Assembly: GCF_009914755.1 (NCBI RefSeq)
Contig: NC_060942.1
Direction: 5' to 3' (one strand)
Source: the human T2T-CHM13v2.0 reference genome, Homo sapiens
DNA length: 64,000 bases
Position 1 is the stretch's first letter; each line of letters starts with the position of its first letter. Under the pieces are notes generated by a model that was not told where the DNA came from, did no database searches, and saw only the letters and a program-made list of their open reading frames with translations. This document shows, in pieces, positions 1 through 16,578 of the stretch. Both the position numbers and the translations under genes were made by a program.

Positions 1-116
1 TGCACTGACCCCAGTTGTGGAATTTGCCCCTTCCTTGCATATCCCAAGAGAAACAACTTATATAAAATATTTGCATATCTGGTAGACTCCACTTAAGGTT
101 TAGGGCATTTGAGGAG

Positions 117-316
117 GGAGGGTTCTCAACAGGGGTGATTTTGCCACTCGAAGGACATTTGGCAACAACTAGAGACGCTTTTGATTGTTACAACATTTTT
201 GGTTGTTACAAGTGCTACTGTCATTTAAGATAGTAGAGACCAAGGATGCTGCAAGGCACAGGACAGCCCTCCCCAAATGAGTTATCCTCTCTATGTGTCT
301 TTGTTGAGAAGCTCTG
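117..316 (+). mobile_element. MER20 (hAT-Charlie) DNA transposon remnant
   Basis: ggttctcaacaggggtgattttgcc...ggacatttggcaa...gcacaggacagccc...gttgagaa matches the MER20 consensus. Confidence 0.75.
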
Positions 317-1029
317 CTTTAAGATATCTGGAAGTCCTGGGGCCATACTTGATGGTGCTTGGCAGTTCCCTCCGATTCCTTTCTACGTTCCTTCTTCATT
401 GCTTTTCCTCATCCATAATTCCTCTTTATTTCTAATACAGAGCTAGCTAGCTATTCCCTTATGTTTTCATCCTCCAGTAGACCTTGCTTTCAGGCTCATA
501 CCTCCACCCCAAGATATTTAATGAAGTGTCTTCCTAAGCAAATATAGTACAGTCTCTAAGAGAAATTTTATTGCTGTTTGTTAAGATAATTCTTATTTCC
601 AGCTTATTATATACCCACATACTCCAAGTGATACTTGGGATAAAACAGTGGATAGTATTTCTCCACATGCTTTTTAAAGTTAATATTGGGTTTCATGAAT
701 ATTTTTCCATTGCTTACCTAATATGATGCTATTTGCCAAATATTTCTGGGTCTTCTCACTTCTAGGCATGTTGTAAGATTGCACTTCCTGACATCCCTGT
801 GACTGGTGGGGCCCTGTGCCTAGTTGACAGTGGAAGGAACATGTAACTTCTAGGTGAGACCTTTTAATTACTGATCTGATCCCTTTCAGGGCTCTCTATT
901 TCCTTACAGTAAGGTGATTATCAACGTTTGAGGTGGAACTCCTCCATCAGCCTGGGTATTTGAGAGACCACAGTGAAAAGAGGACCTTATTGATATGATG
1001 TACACGTGACATGAGAAGTAGACTTTTGT

Positions 1030-1390
1030 TATTTTATTTATTTTATTATTTATATATGTTTTTTGAGACAGGGTCTTGCTGTTGCCCAGGCTGGGGTGCA
1101 AGTGTGTGATCACAGCTCACTGTAGCCTTGACCGGCTGGGGTGCAAGTGTGTGATCACAGCTCACTGTAGCCTTGACCTGCTGGGCTTTAGTGATCTGTC
1201 CACCTCAGCCACCTAAGTAGCTGAGAACATAGGTGCGCACCACCACACCTGGCTAATTTTGTTTATTTTTTTTGTAGAAACGAGGTCTGATTATGTTGCC
1301 CAGGCTGGTCTCAAACTCCTGAGCTCAAAGGATCTCCTGTCTCAGCCTCCCAAAGTGCTAGGATTACAGGCATGAGCACTGCACCCAGCC
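1030..1390 (-). mobile_element. AluJ-like element with an internal 45-bp tandem duplication, inserted in an MLT1 LTR
   Basis: Antisense Alu; 1089-1133 is identical to 1134-1178; MLT1-like sequence on both sides. Confidence 0.9.
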
Positions 1391-1499
1391 CCAACTTCGG
1401 TTATTTTAAACCATTGGAACCTCGGGGTGGTTTGTTACTGCATAGCCTAGTCTATCCTCATGGATACATCTGATACCTCTTCATCACTTTAGTTCAGAG

Positions 1500-2002
1500 G
1501 CTTCCTCCTCCTCATCAGATGAGGGTGACTGCATCCATGATCATAGGGGTTCATCCTAATTAGTCTACAGCAATAATTGTCATCTGCTGTTCTTTCCAGT
1601 GAGTAGCTTAGGGGTGGGCACATGGCTCTTTTGAGAGATAATGAGAGGTCTGCTGGGGCTTCTGAGAAAAGCTTCCCTGATCCTAGACAAGAGACCCGAA
1701 GAAAAAGTCCTTGAGGCCTCTGGACATTGCATTTGTTGGATGTGGTGCCTGGAGCTTTGTAGCCATCCTGAAACTGAGAAAAAGATACACATGAGGACAA
1801 ATATGACCCATGAGGGTGGCGGAGCAAGGGTGATGGAAAGAACCTGGCCCTTGATGACATTATTGAGACTTGGAATCAAGCAACCCTGAATCTTCTATCT
1901 CTGGACTTCCTGATATGTGCAATAATAAAAGTCCTTATTTTAAAATCAATTTCAGTGAGGGTTTTATGTTACTTGAAACTGAAAACATTCTAAGTGATAC
2001 AT
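1500..2002 (+). mobile_element. Old MLT1 (J/K-type) LTR fragments
   Basis: gaaagaacctggcccttgatgac...ttatgttacttgaaactgaaaacattctaagtgataca is an MLT1-type 3' end. Confidence 0.6.
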
Positions 2003-2285
2003 CAACTTGACTTCTGTAATGTTATTTTAATTGTAGAACATGTCTAGACTGTAATATATTTAATGAATCTCCTGTGACTTAACATTTAGGTAGTTTTCTA
2101 TTTTTAGCCACTGTAATATGAAGAGGGTCCCTTTCTGAAAATAATGCCAAATAAAAGTTGTAAGCACATTTTGGCTTCCTAAGGACAGGAGGCCTGTCTC
2201 CCTCTGAACCAGATCTTCATTCATATTTGTTGAGTCCCTTCCATGCTAAAGGCTCAGGATAGAACGGTAACTTAAAACTAACAAG

Positions 2286-2631
<346 letters not shown>

Positions 2632-3318
2632 CTAAGAGCTTGTGTTCTTTAGATTTGGCAAAGCCAACACATGGTCCTTTAGTTATATAAATGTGAAGCT
2701 AATTTCCACCCACAGGTTCTTGGAAAAATAAATGGAACAGCAGATATATTGAATTGAGAGATTAAGTGCTTTGATTAATATATATTTATATATATATGTA
2801 TTTTAGCATACAGAGTTATGGCTCTAGACTTTGTAACTTCTTACAGAAATGCACAATTTTCCATGTATGAATTTGAATGACCTATCCCTTTAAATTATTA
2901 TTTATTCAAGGGTATGTGTTTTTTTTGCATATCATTTAGGAAAAGTTGGGGATAAGACTGATAGAAGTAGTACATTTTGCCTGAGCATATGGATATATAG
3001 AAAGAATACTATTAAAATAGCATTTTTGAAAATATGATTTTTGAAAGGACTGGTTTTTGTTTGTTTGTTTTTTGTTTTTTTTTAAAGGTAGCTCTGCAAG
3101 AAGAAATTGTTTGTGCAGTAGTAGCAGCGGTGGCGGTAGGGGCATAGCATAGCTCATGAAGCAGGAAGCCTGGGGATGCTGTACAGTACTGCTTCTTGTT
3201 AGCTGTGTGATGTTGGACAACTCTCTACACTACTGAGTCCTAATATCTTCATTAACCAAAGGTAGAGATAAAATGAAATCATTTACCTCATTGGGTTACT
3301 TTGAAAAATTGCACCCTA

Positions 3319-3742
<424 letters not shown>

Positions 3743-3745
3743 TCA

Positions 3746-4116
<371 letters not shown>

Positions 4117-5014
4117 TTATGTATTACACAATAATACATGATTATTGTTGGAAAATGAAGACAGCAAACCCACCCTCCCCCAGTGTCAACGTGTCTGCTC
4201 AGAGTGTCTCCCTGACATTTTCTCACCCTTTGCCTCAAGTCAATGGGAGGAAGTGACACCATACATTCTTTCTTTACACGGAGTAAAATCTATCAGCATT
4301 ATCCTCTAATGCTGATTAATTCTTAGTCATTCTTAGGAAATCCTTCTGTGCTCGGGTTTCATAAATCATCACCCGTATTTTACTTTAGCAACTTGAAGAT
4401 TTATTTTACAAACATTTAAATTATTGGTCCATCTGGAATTAATTTTGATATAGATGGGAAAGATGTGTCATTATATTATAAAATGGATATCTTTGCAAAT
4501 GGTACTTACCGCTATTTATTGAATAACCCAGACTTTCATTACTAATTTGAGTTGGAAACTTTTCCATATACTAAACTACTGCATGTATTTGTGAATGTTT
4601 TTGGGCATGCTATATATTGTGCACTGAATTTTCTATCCATTGCTCAATTGATACCACGTTTTAATTAACATTGTAGGAGGTTTTAATGTCTAATAAGGGA
4701 CTCTCAACTTTTCTTTCCAAAGATCATTTGGCTTTCTAGCTTGTTTATTGTTTCTGAAGATATTTTTAATCCTTTTATTTTCATGTTGCAGATACCCATG
4801 AAGATGCAGAAAAATCTTCACACTCTCAGCAATTTAACAATCTAAGGTAACAGGCACTATAATTCCAGAAGCAGGAAGTAAGATGTCTAAATTCTAAGAA
4901 AATCAGAGTTGCGTTTAGAAAAACTCCTAAGGATTCTACTTGAAGAGTTTCCTGGCTTTGCTGCCTCTGATTATACCCTCAATACACATTGCAATACTCT
5001 ATTTTTGCAATTAG

Positions 5015-5645
<631 letters not shown>

Positions 5646-7881
5646 GGCACTGCATTTTATCTTTTAAAATAGGCGGTTCCCCATCAGAATATGAACTCAT
5701 TTAAGGGCAAGGACTATATCTTAAATATCTTTTGTACCTTTGCACGGTGACCAAGACATAGTAAATGCTCAAAAAACATTTAATGAATGAATGAATTAAT
5801 TAATAAACTCTTGTGTGATGGAATTCTCTGGCTGTGTCTTTCCTGTGTCTCTGCTGGAGTAACAGGTGCTGGGATATGGCAGCTTGCCCAGCCACCTCGT
5901 TGCTCCTCCGTGTTGCCTCGTGAGTTTCATATTTATACAACCTTGTGCTTTCCAGGCTCTACAGACCCTTGCTAATGGATTCTTCAATGGCTTCATCCTT
6001 CCAATTTCTTCCTCTTGACATTTTTGCATGTTGGGATTATGTATATCCCTGAAATAGTGTGTCTCTTGGCCAACGGTGAGCACTCCATGATCTCTATCCT
6101 TCCCCTGATTCTAAATTCCCCCAAGGGCCTGGTAGGTAGGGAGGTGATGAGCAGATGAAGCTGAGCCCAGTTGGTTCTATCCTGGGCCTCCTAAGATCCA
6201 GTTTCTTTTCTTCTAGTTCAAGAAAAGCCTCCCTTCCCCCTTCCTTGGCACATAATGGGCACTTGGCAAATGTTGGTTTCTTTCAACTTGACACCTTCTA
6301 TTCTGCTTCCCTCTCTGGATGGCAGGGTATAAATAGCAAGGCCTCACATCATCTGTTAACCATTTTCAAAAAAAAGCTCGGGGCTACCATGAGGACATGA
6401 TGAATTAAAAGAAAAAAAAATGGTTCCAAACTACATTGGTGCCCAGGCCAGGTGGGTATTGACCAACTAAAATGACTTCATCTAGGCCAGTGCACTTGAC
6501 TTTATTTTTCTTAAAGAGTAGAGAAGTGAGACCTTTATTATGACTTTGAAATCTGCATACTTGGGTGCAAATCAGGAAGTATGTGCAAAATGCCCATGGG
6601 GAAGGAGCCCAGGAATAATACATTATTCTTTTGAAGTTGTTCACCCTGGGTTTACTTTAAATGCCATTGGCAGCTTTCCTCTTAATGCTTTCTGGGTCCA
6701 CTACATATGAAAAATGGAAAACCAAAGGTTTTCGCTTGAACCACAGGATTAACTGGTCAAACTGGTCATGGAAGGCCATCTGATTACAGACAGCCACAGT
6801 GATACATTCTTTTTTTCAGTGAAAAATTCAACCTTGTGTTCATGCAGACTTGCCATTTGTGGTCCGTTGAAACTCTGGGATTGCTACCCTTTTAAGGAGG
6901 GAAAGAAAATCAAACAGTGTGATTGAGCTCTCTCTCGCTCTCTGATGTCCTCTCAGTTTTTCCATAGCAATTTTATTTGACTTAAAGTGCAACTCAAGAG
7001 AATTCCTAAAACTTACTAGCATGAAGTCAACCCTGAGGCTGGAGAGAGTTCTATGGGCTTCTTGCGCTTATGCTGATGATGCCATTGTCAGGATGCAGCC
7101 TCCTGGGAGATCTCCACTCATTTCCATCCTTCATTCAGGTGCTCCTTCCCTGAAGCTGCCCAAGAATCTCTTGTTCCTCTGAAGAGGCCAGGCTCAGCCC
7201 TAGCTTGCTCTTTATCTGCTCAGAGTGAGCAAGGAGATTGGACCACCATTTTGTCCAGTCCAGTTTCCTGCTTTGCTTGTTTTCATGGTTGTTGGCTTTT
7301 GTTTGCAAGGAAAACCTTGGATTTCTCAGCCTGTGAACAGGAATATTTTCTCAGGCTTTTTATAGACTGTTTAAGAAAGAGAGGGCAGAGGCACATGCCT
7401 TTCCTCTCCAGCCACATAAAACAAAGCTTTAAGTGATTCTTTGGATTGGGGCGGATACAGAGAATTTGGGTGTGGGGGTGGTCAGGAACCTTGCGGGTGA
7501 CAGTGCTACCTTGATTTTACGTGTTAGACCTTGAACCTCAAATCTTAGAAGAGTCTATCTCATAGTCTGCAGAATGGGCCCATCAGATTGGGTAGGTTAC
7601 CTGCAAGTCAGCTTGCAGCTTTGCAGGGGAGGAAGAGAAAGGGGGCACCTGTGTTAGTTATGCCAAATTGATGCTGGTCATTAATGGGGTGATGGTTGTA
7701 GCCAGATCTCCGCCTCTCTCATACAGGGGCAGAAGATAATTGAACATCATGTGGCAGTCACAGTTGTTTGCCTCCTGTGGCCCTGTAGGTAAGTTAGGAA
7801 TAAATGTCAAGGAGCAATTGACTTTGCCCTGCTTGGGCCTGATTGTTTTCCCATTCTCCATAGGTGAGAAAAAATGGTGTG

Positions 7882-8868
7882 ATTCAGCAAAAGAAACTAT
7901 CATCAGAATGAACAGGCAACCTACGGAGTGGGAGAAAATGTTTGCAATGTATCCATCTGACAGAGGTCTAATATCCAGAATCTACAAGGAACTTAAACAA
8001 ATTTACAAGAAAAAACCAAACAACCCCATTAAAAAGTGGGCAAAGGACATGAACAAACACTTCTCAAAAGAAAACATTCATGCTGCCAACAAAGATTAAA
8101 TAAAGCTCACCATCACTGATCATTAGAGAAATGCAAATCAAAACCACAATGAGATACCATCTGACACCAGTCACAATGGTGATTATTAAAAGGTCATGAA
8201 ACAACCAATGCTGGCTCGGTTGCAAAGAAATAGGAACCCTTTTACACTGTTGGTGGGAATATAGATTACTTCAACCATTGTGGAAGATGGTGTGGCAATT
8301 CCTCAAAGTTTTAGAACCAGAAATACCATTTGAATACCAGCAATTCAATTACTATGTATATACCCAAAGGAATATAATTCTTTCTAATACAAAGATACAT
8401 GCATGCATATGTTCATTGCAGCACTATTCACAATAGCAAAGACATGGAATCAACCCAAATGCCCATCAATAATAGTCTGGATAAAGAAAATGTGGTACAT
8501 ATACACCATGGAATACTATGCAGCCATAAAAAGGAACCAGGTCATGTCCTCTGCAGGGATGTGGATAGAGCAGGAAGCCATTATCCTCAGCAAACTAATG
8601 CAGGAACAGAAAGCCAAACACCGCATGTTCTCACTTATAAGTGGAAGCTGAATAATGGGAACACACGGACACAGGGCGGGGAACAACACACACTGGGGCC
8701 TGTTAGGGGGTGGGGTGGAGGGAGGGAGGGCATTAGGATAAATAACTAATGCATGCTTAGCTTAATACCTAGGTGATGGGTTGATAAGTGCTGCAAATCA
8801 CCATGACGCACGTTTACCTATGTAACAAACCTGCACATTCTGCACATGTACCCCAGAACTTTAAAAAT
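7882..8868 (+). mobile_element. 5'-truncated L1 (older L1PA/L1PB type): ORF2 C-terminus and 3' UTR
   Basis: ORF2-like peptides ([11 protein letters not shown]..., AKTWNQPKCPS); TSD aaaatggtgtg at both ends. Confidence 0.92.
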
Positions 8869-10729
8869 AAAATGGTGTGCTTGCCCAGTGCCCATTGTGT
8901 ACCAGGCCTCAGATGTTGCCTTGCTTCAGTCTTAGAAATTATACTTACAACATTGTGATGTGGGAATAATGTCGTTCATGTTTCCTTTCCTTTGTTATTT
9001 TTACCATTAAAGGAACTGAGGCTCAGCGAGGTAAAGCGACTTGTTCAAGGTGGGATCATGTCACATGGATAGAAAGCGGTCTATAAATGCTTATTGGTAA
9101 TGAAATTTAAGTTGAAGGGAAAGAAAAGTAAAAGGTGACTTTGTGCTTTTATTCATTTGGTATTTATTCACTGCCTCTCAGGAACAAAGCATTAAGTTTT
9201 CATAGCATCATCTTCAGTTCATCATTCCTTGTAAGAGCTGCTTCGGTGTTCGTTGATAATTTTTCTCTTTCTTCTTTCATCCTCATTTCTTTCTGCCCCA
9301 GAGATATAACACTATTCTGTTTGGTATATGTCCTTGGGTATACATATGTCCTTGAAAAATGTACATAACATTATTTTACATAGGCATGAGTACATTTGCA
9401 TATGTATACATATGTGAATTATATACATAGCATTGTTCTATGCACTTCATTCTATTTCTTGCTTTTTACTCAGTGCTTTTAAGTTCTCCATACATTTATT
9501 TATATCCATCTAGTTCATTGCTTCTGATTGTTGTATCCTATTCCATAATATCCATCCACATTCTCCCAGTGATGGACAAGTGGGTTACCTCTATCTCTTT
9601 ACTACATCAATAATGTGTTGGGATCCTTGAATGTGTGAGCATTTCTCAGGGGAAAATATCTGGTCTCTATACTTTCAGTGGCAAATCAAAGCATGCAAGG
9701 AGAGCTGGACAGCTGGAGATGGTGTAATATTTATTTTAAATGCAACTAACAGGAACCGGAGGGCATCCCCCATTAAAGGGACTGCTCTACAAAGAGAACC
9801 ATTAACATGAATGTAAATCACAGTAGCTTCAAGGACAGTTTAATAACAATCTGACTTTTTATTGGGTGAACAGGAGATGTACCAGCTTTCTCCTTACAGA
9901 GTCTTCTGGATCTTTTGCAGAGAGAGATTATATCTGAACTGCTATCGAGATGACTGAGGGCAGAGGGCTGCTCTGGGAGTAATGGCCATAAATCCAATTA
10001 GTAATTCACTTTCTCTTTTGCTACAGGCTCCATTTCCCCTGAATGTGGAGAAGATATGCATGTTGGTCATACTCTGGAACCCGGCCAATCCCGAGGGCTC
10101 TGTGTCATCATGCCACAAAAACATTCATGACACCTTGCATGGGAAAATACTAGAATGATACACATCACCCTAGCAACAGTAGAAACCTCTGCTGAAGGAA
10201 GTGGGAAAGGTGGTGGGTTGATGGCCTGGGGACTCGTCATACTTTATTCTGTATACTTGTGTATTGCTTCAAACAAAAATTTGTTCCTATCTTACTTGTG
10301 CAATAAGGAAAAGGAAAACCCTTTAGGGACCTCTAGAGAAGTTTAGCATGGTTAGAGCTCATAAAACTCCCTTTTTATGAAGGAGGAAACAAGGCAGCTG
10401 GAGCACCAGCAGGTTGTGTGTTCCTGCTCCCATGGCTGGGTGGGGACCAGAGCTTGTCCCTCTTGATTTCTCCACTTCAGTCCTAGGGATGCTGGGTACA
10501 AGCACCAGTGTGACCAGTGGCAAAACTGCAAGGGAGCCAATGAGCCCAGAGGCTGAGCCAACGCAGAAATGTCTTGGATTCCAGACCTGTTCTTGAGAAC
10601 TTGGAAACTTAAGAAAGCAAATGCTTTAATGATTAATCTTTATGATTCCAAAGTAAAGAATGGAGATGGCTTGGATTAAAAACAAAACCTGTACCAGATT
10701 AATTTTGATTTTTAAAAAATCACGTAATT

Positions 10730-10942
10730 GAGACTAGCCTCGGCAATATGGCAAAACTCTGTCTCTACTAAACATACAAAAAAATAGCTGAGAGTGGTGG
10801 CATGTGCCTATAGTCCCAGCTACTCGAGAGGCTGAGGAGGGAGGATCACTTGAACCTAGGAAGTTGAGGCTGCAGTGAACCATGATCATGCCACTGCACT
10901 CCAGCTTAAGTGACAGAGCAAGACCTTGTCTCAAAAAAAAAA
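10730..10942 (+). mobile_element. 5'-truncated AluJ
   Basis: Partial left arm, full right arm, A-tail. Confidence 0.85.
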
Positions 10943-11139
10943 TATTGCATAACTGCTTTACATTTATTTTCTCTGAGATTGAAAAGACACATGTTGAGAA
11001 CAAGGGGGTTCTTTCTCTTCCTATGTCTATACTTACTACAAAGGTGTTTCTTGTGGGTTGATCATTTAAAAAATATTATTATCATAATTGTGGTATAAAT
11101 GACAAAACCACACTTGCATGAGCTAGTGAAAAAAAAAAA

Positions 11140-11360
11140 AAGCACAAAGGATTTGGGTTTGAACCCCAGCCCTGGCATTTACTTGTCACCTTGAGCAAAT
11201 GACCAAACCTCCCCATGCTTTAGTTTTATTGTGTGTAAAGTGGAAATAATATCACCTAATTCACATGATTACTATGAGGATCAACTGAGATACTCTAAGT
11301 AGAGGTGTTAGTACAATGGCTGGCACATAGTAAGCACTCAATAATGATGGCCATTATTAT
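11140..11360 (+). mobile_element. MIR
   Basis: Core gggtttgaaccccagc...accttgagcaaatgac...gtaaagtggaaataat. Confidence 0.7.
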
Positions 11361-11676
11361 TTTAATAAGGACATATTCACTATTATTATTTTCCCTTGGA
11401 CTACTCCAGGGATCAGTGAGATATTTTTTAGGTATACTAATAACTTGCTTTGAATTTCTCGAAAGCAGAGTCTGAGACAAGGATTTGTGTGCAGAGTGTT
11501 TGTTTGGAAGGTGATCCCGGGAAATGCAGTGAGGAAGTGAACCAGGGAAGAGAGAAAAAAGGCAATAAAAATATATCTCTGTGGGCAAACTGGACACAAT
11601 CCTAAGACCTTCTGAGGGACTGTATAGAGTATATTTCTATTTCAAAGATCATAGGGGAGGCATGACACTTACATAG

Positions 11677-12022
<346 letters not shown>

Positions 12023-12941
12023 TAGGTTTTAAGTATAGGTTATGTTTTTGCTTATAATTTTTTTGTTGTTAAGTAACAAATGTTGTCTGCATTGGCTGGT
12101 GTTCCCCATGTTTACTCTGCCAGCTGTTTCTCCATTAACTGATATGAGGGCATAATTTATGTGGCAAAATGTTTTGGCATGGTAAACACTTCTATAACAA
12201 GAAGCTTAAAAGTCAAGTTTGAATGATATATTTATCATTCCATTTCAAGTCAAGGTAGGTTGTCTCTTAGACTGGTTCTCAGAGTAAGCAAAGGGTCTTC
12301 TGGAAACAATGATACTCTTTTCAGAGAACACTACAATCATCCCAGAACACCAGAGTTCCAATATATTCAATTCCAAGGCATAAACAGAAAAAGTTATTGC
12401 AAGAAATATGACCATATTATGAAATTATTAATATGGACATGCACACACACATCAACCAAATACGACTGACTTTTTATGAATTTCTATTAGTATTTGTTTA
12501 CTGGGTCATTGCTCACTTGTTATCTGTGGGAATTTACTAGCAGGTTAGCAGCAGTAGGCACCATGGGTATATGAAAATAGGGGAGAGAAACATTACACAT
12601 GTGACATTTTACCCATTTTTACACTAACCTGAGAGTAAAGAATCCCTAATTATCTTTCAGGGACAAAACACTTCTACGTAATTTTTAAAACACTGGCCTT
12701 TGAGAACCAACGTAAAAGTTCAACCTAACAGCTACAATGCCAATTTGTGGCAATATTCACTAATCAAAATGAGGGACATCTCACGATTCCAGGCTACTAG
12801 GAAGTTTGCAGGTGACTTGGCAGATCTCGTAGATTGCACCTCCTAGGTGCTGTAAGAGCAAAGTGTGAGTTGCCTACTAAGCTAGTGGGCAGACACTCGA
12901 CTCTTCTGTGGGGTCACTTGAAACTGGAGCTATGTATATAA

Positions 12942-13561
12942 AGTAGCTCCCCTTAGCCACAGCTTGGCTTTCTGCTGTTTCAGTTACCAGTGGTCAACCG
13001 CAGTCTGAAAATAGGTGAGTACAACACAATAAGATATTTTGAGAAAGAGAGTGAGAGCGACCACATTCACATATTTGTTATTACAGTATATTGTTACAAT
13101 TGTTCTAATCTCTTACTATGCCTATACATACATACCTATAATAAAGTTTATAAATTAAACTTCGTTATAAATAAAGTTTATAAGTTAAACTTTGTTATAA
13201 ATAAAGTTTATAAATTAAACTTTGCTATAAATAAAGTTTATAAATTAAACTTTGTTATAAATAAAGTTTATAAATTAAACTGTTATAAATAAAAAGTTTA
13301 TAAATTAAACTTTATTTAAAGTTTAAATAAAGTTTATAAATTAAACTTCATTATAGGTATGTATGTATAGGAAGAAATGTAAAGGAAAAAATACATACAT
13401 ACTATATGTATGTATGGGAAAAAAGTTTATAAATTAAACTTTATTATAGGTATGTATGTATAGGCAAAAACATAGTGTATATAGGGTTTGGTATTATCTG
13501 CAGTTTCAGGCATCCACTGAGGGTCTTGGAATGTATCCCCCATGGATAAGGGGGGACTACT
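12942..13561 (+). mobile_element. MER44-type (Tigger7-derived) MITE with internal expansion
   Basis: Terminal inverted repeats agtagctccccttagcc / ggataaggggggactact and internal sequence matching MER44A. Confidence 0.8.
13141..13350. repeat. AT-rich 30-bp minisatellite (ataaagtttataaattaaactttgttataa), ~5 clean and ~2 degenerate units
   Basis: Units start at 13141, 13171, 13201, 13231 and 13261. Confidence 0.92.
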
Positions 13562-13725
13562 ATGTATATATGTCTGTGTATGCATATATAAACATATATA
13601 TGTATACACACATATAGTTTATATATATACATATACATACATATGTATACATGTATGTATATATACTTATACATACATATGTATACATATGTATGTATAT
13701 ATACTTATACATACATACAGTTTAT
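13560..13725. repeat. (TA)/(TATG)/(TACA) low-complexity repeat
   Basis: Alternating purine-pyrimidine tract. Confidence 0.85.
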
Positions 13726-15026
13726 ATGAGGAAAACTTTATGTATTTTACACTAAATCAGGCAATACACTACTGAATATAACTAACACAACTGCCTTCTT
13801 TGCTTACACTATTACTTACTTCCATGCATTCATTTCCTGAGTCTGGAAATGGATCCACCTTCTACCATCCTTACTGAAGGCCTAGCTCAAATCTTATGTC
13901 CCCACAAAACTATACCTAACCATCTCAGCCATCTGCTAGCGGGCCCTCTCTCAAATTCTTAAAATACTTTTTATACTGTTCATTTCACACTTACTGCCAC
14001 CCTATATTGTTAGTCTCTCTCTCTCTCTTTCTCTTTCACACTCTGTCTCTCACACACACACACATTCCTATCTTCCCTAACTAGACAAGATTTGCATTTT
14101 ATTACTGTTTGTGCCCAACAAGTGCCTCATACACAGTGGCTCTTGCAAATATGTTAGAATCTTGTAATTAGGCACAGCCCCCAACATTATTCACAGCCCC
14201 ACTCTATCAAACACCAATGTTTCCCCAAACTGAGTAATGTAGAGATCCTTAAAGAAAATGAAATCTGCACATACCCAGTGTCAACTTAAATATGCTTAAG
14301 TATAAAACAAAGCATAAACTCCTTCCATTTATAGCTTCCATACAACTATAAAATGAAAACAGTTTACAATTAAATGCAAATAAACCCACATATTTGAATT
14401 AATATTAATTTAATCTGACAGATGCTATTTTGCTGCAACTAAATCACTGTTCAGAACGGGAATAGGGTCATGACTGCTGTGAGGCAGGCTGTTTACAATT
14501 TATCATGCCCATATTGTGGTTTTCTATATGACCATTCCAATTTTCCATCCATTTGCTCTATTTGAACCTTATGAAACCATCATTCATTCAAAAAAATATC
14601 ATGTCATTGGACTTCATCTGGCACAAGTACATCACTGCTGTGTTAGTTCCAACCTCTCTTCTTTCTCATTTACCTATGACAATAATATACCACTTGGCAT
14701 CAATGTGACCTTAAACGTAGATGCTATGAAATCTGTGGCAATACTTTGTTATAGATGGTCATCCAAATGAAAATACTCATAATAATATTAACAGCTATTA
14801 TTTACAAACTTTTTTATGTGCCAAGTGCTTTCCTATATGTAGACTATCTCATTTAATTCTTTCAATAACTCTCTGAGAAAGGAGCCATCATCATCATTTT
14901 ATAGACAAGGAAACAGTGCCTCAGAGTTCAATAGCATTCTCAAATCCATGCTGCTCATAAAGAATTTTAACCCATGAAATCTGACCCGAAACATGAATGC
15001 TATACTATACTTATTAATTTGTTCAG

Positions 15027-15359
<333 letters not shown>

Positions 15360-15584
15360 TTAAAATAAAAGTGTTACAGAGAGTCAACCTACCTCAATAT
15401 TTGAGAAACATTTCTATATACCCAGAATTCATCATATGCTCAGTAATCATGCCTGTAGATTATTTTCCAATCAAGAAGTACTGGTGCAGTTATTGCTAGC
15501 CAAAATATGAAACAACTCAGCTTTCTCATCTGGTTGACTGGTCCAATCAAGAAAATGTTTGGACAAGAAAAAGTTGTACATTTC

Positions 15585-15912
15585 TGTCTTAGTCCATTTG
15601 GACTGCTATAGAAAAATACTATAAATTGGGTGGCTTATAAACAACACACATTTATTTCTCACAGTTCTGGAGGCTGGGAAGGCATTGGCAGATTCAATGT
15701 CTAATGAGGGCTTGCTTCCTGGTTCATAGATGGTGTTCTTATGTGGTGGAAGACATGAGGGAGCTCTCTGGGGCTTCTTTTATAAGGGCACTAACTCCAT
15801 GTTGGCCCCTCGTGACCTGATCACCTCCCAAGAGTCCCACCTCCCAGTGCATCACATAGCGGGTTGGGATTTCAACATATGAATTTTAGGGCATGCAAAC
15901 ACTCAATCTACA
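15585..15912 (-). mobile_element. MLT1A/B-type LTR
   Basis: tgtcttagtccatttggactgctata...tttctcacagttctggaggctgggaag...ttcaacatatgaatttt. Confidence 0.8.
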
Positions 15913-16267
15913 GAACTTTAGTTCCATCCTCCCACACCCCCACCCCCGGTATAGTTACACTGGGTGTGTTTAATCAAATCCCTTGCTATTCTTCCCAAAA
16001 ATTAATGGTGTGATCTACTTACTGGCTTCTGTTTCCCACATAAGCAACTTAGGAATGAGAAAAAAGCTTGTACATTTCAGATCTGTAAAGAACAGTTACC
16101 AATTTTCTTATGATACTGCAAAAGACATAGTTTTATCTGATTTCCAGGTCATCTACTGCATTGCTTTGGCCACGGTTTAATCCTATGAAGGTCTCTATCC
16201 TAAAAACTATTGGACAAGGTCTCTATTCTTAAGACTTGAGTGTTGTTGTCATTAATAATTTATATTG

Positions 16268-16578
<311 letters not shown>

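Noticed and set aside
7740-8749. ORFs with L1 ORF2-like peptides (also 55735-55953 and 60266-61681)
   Set aside because: Fragments of disabled LINE-1 copies.
12990-13292. ORF with NKVYKLNFVI repeats, or a CRISPR-like array
   Set aside because: It is a translation of a head-to-tail 30-bp minisatellite with no unique spacers, in a eukaryotic context.
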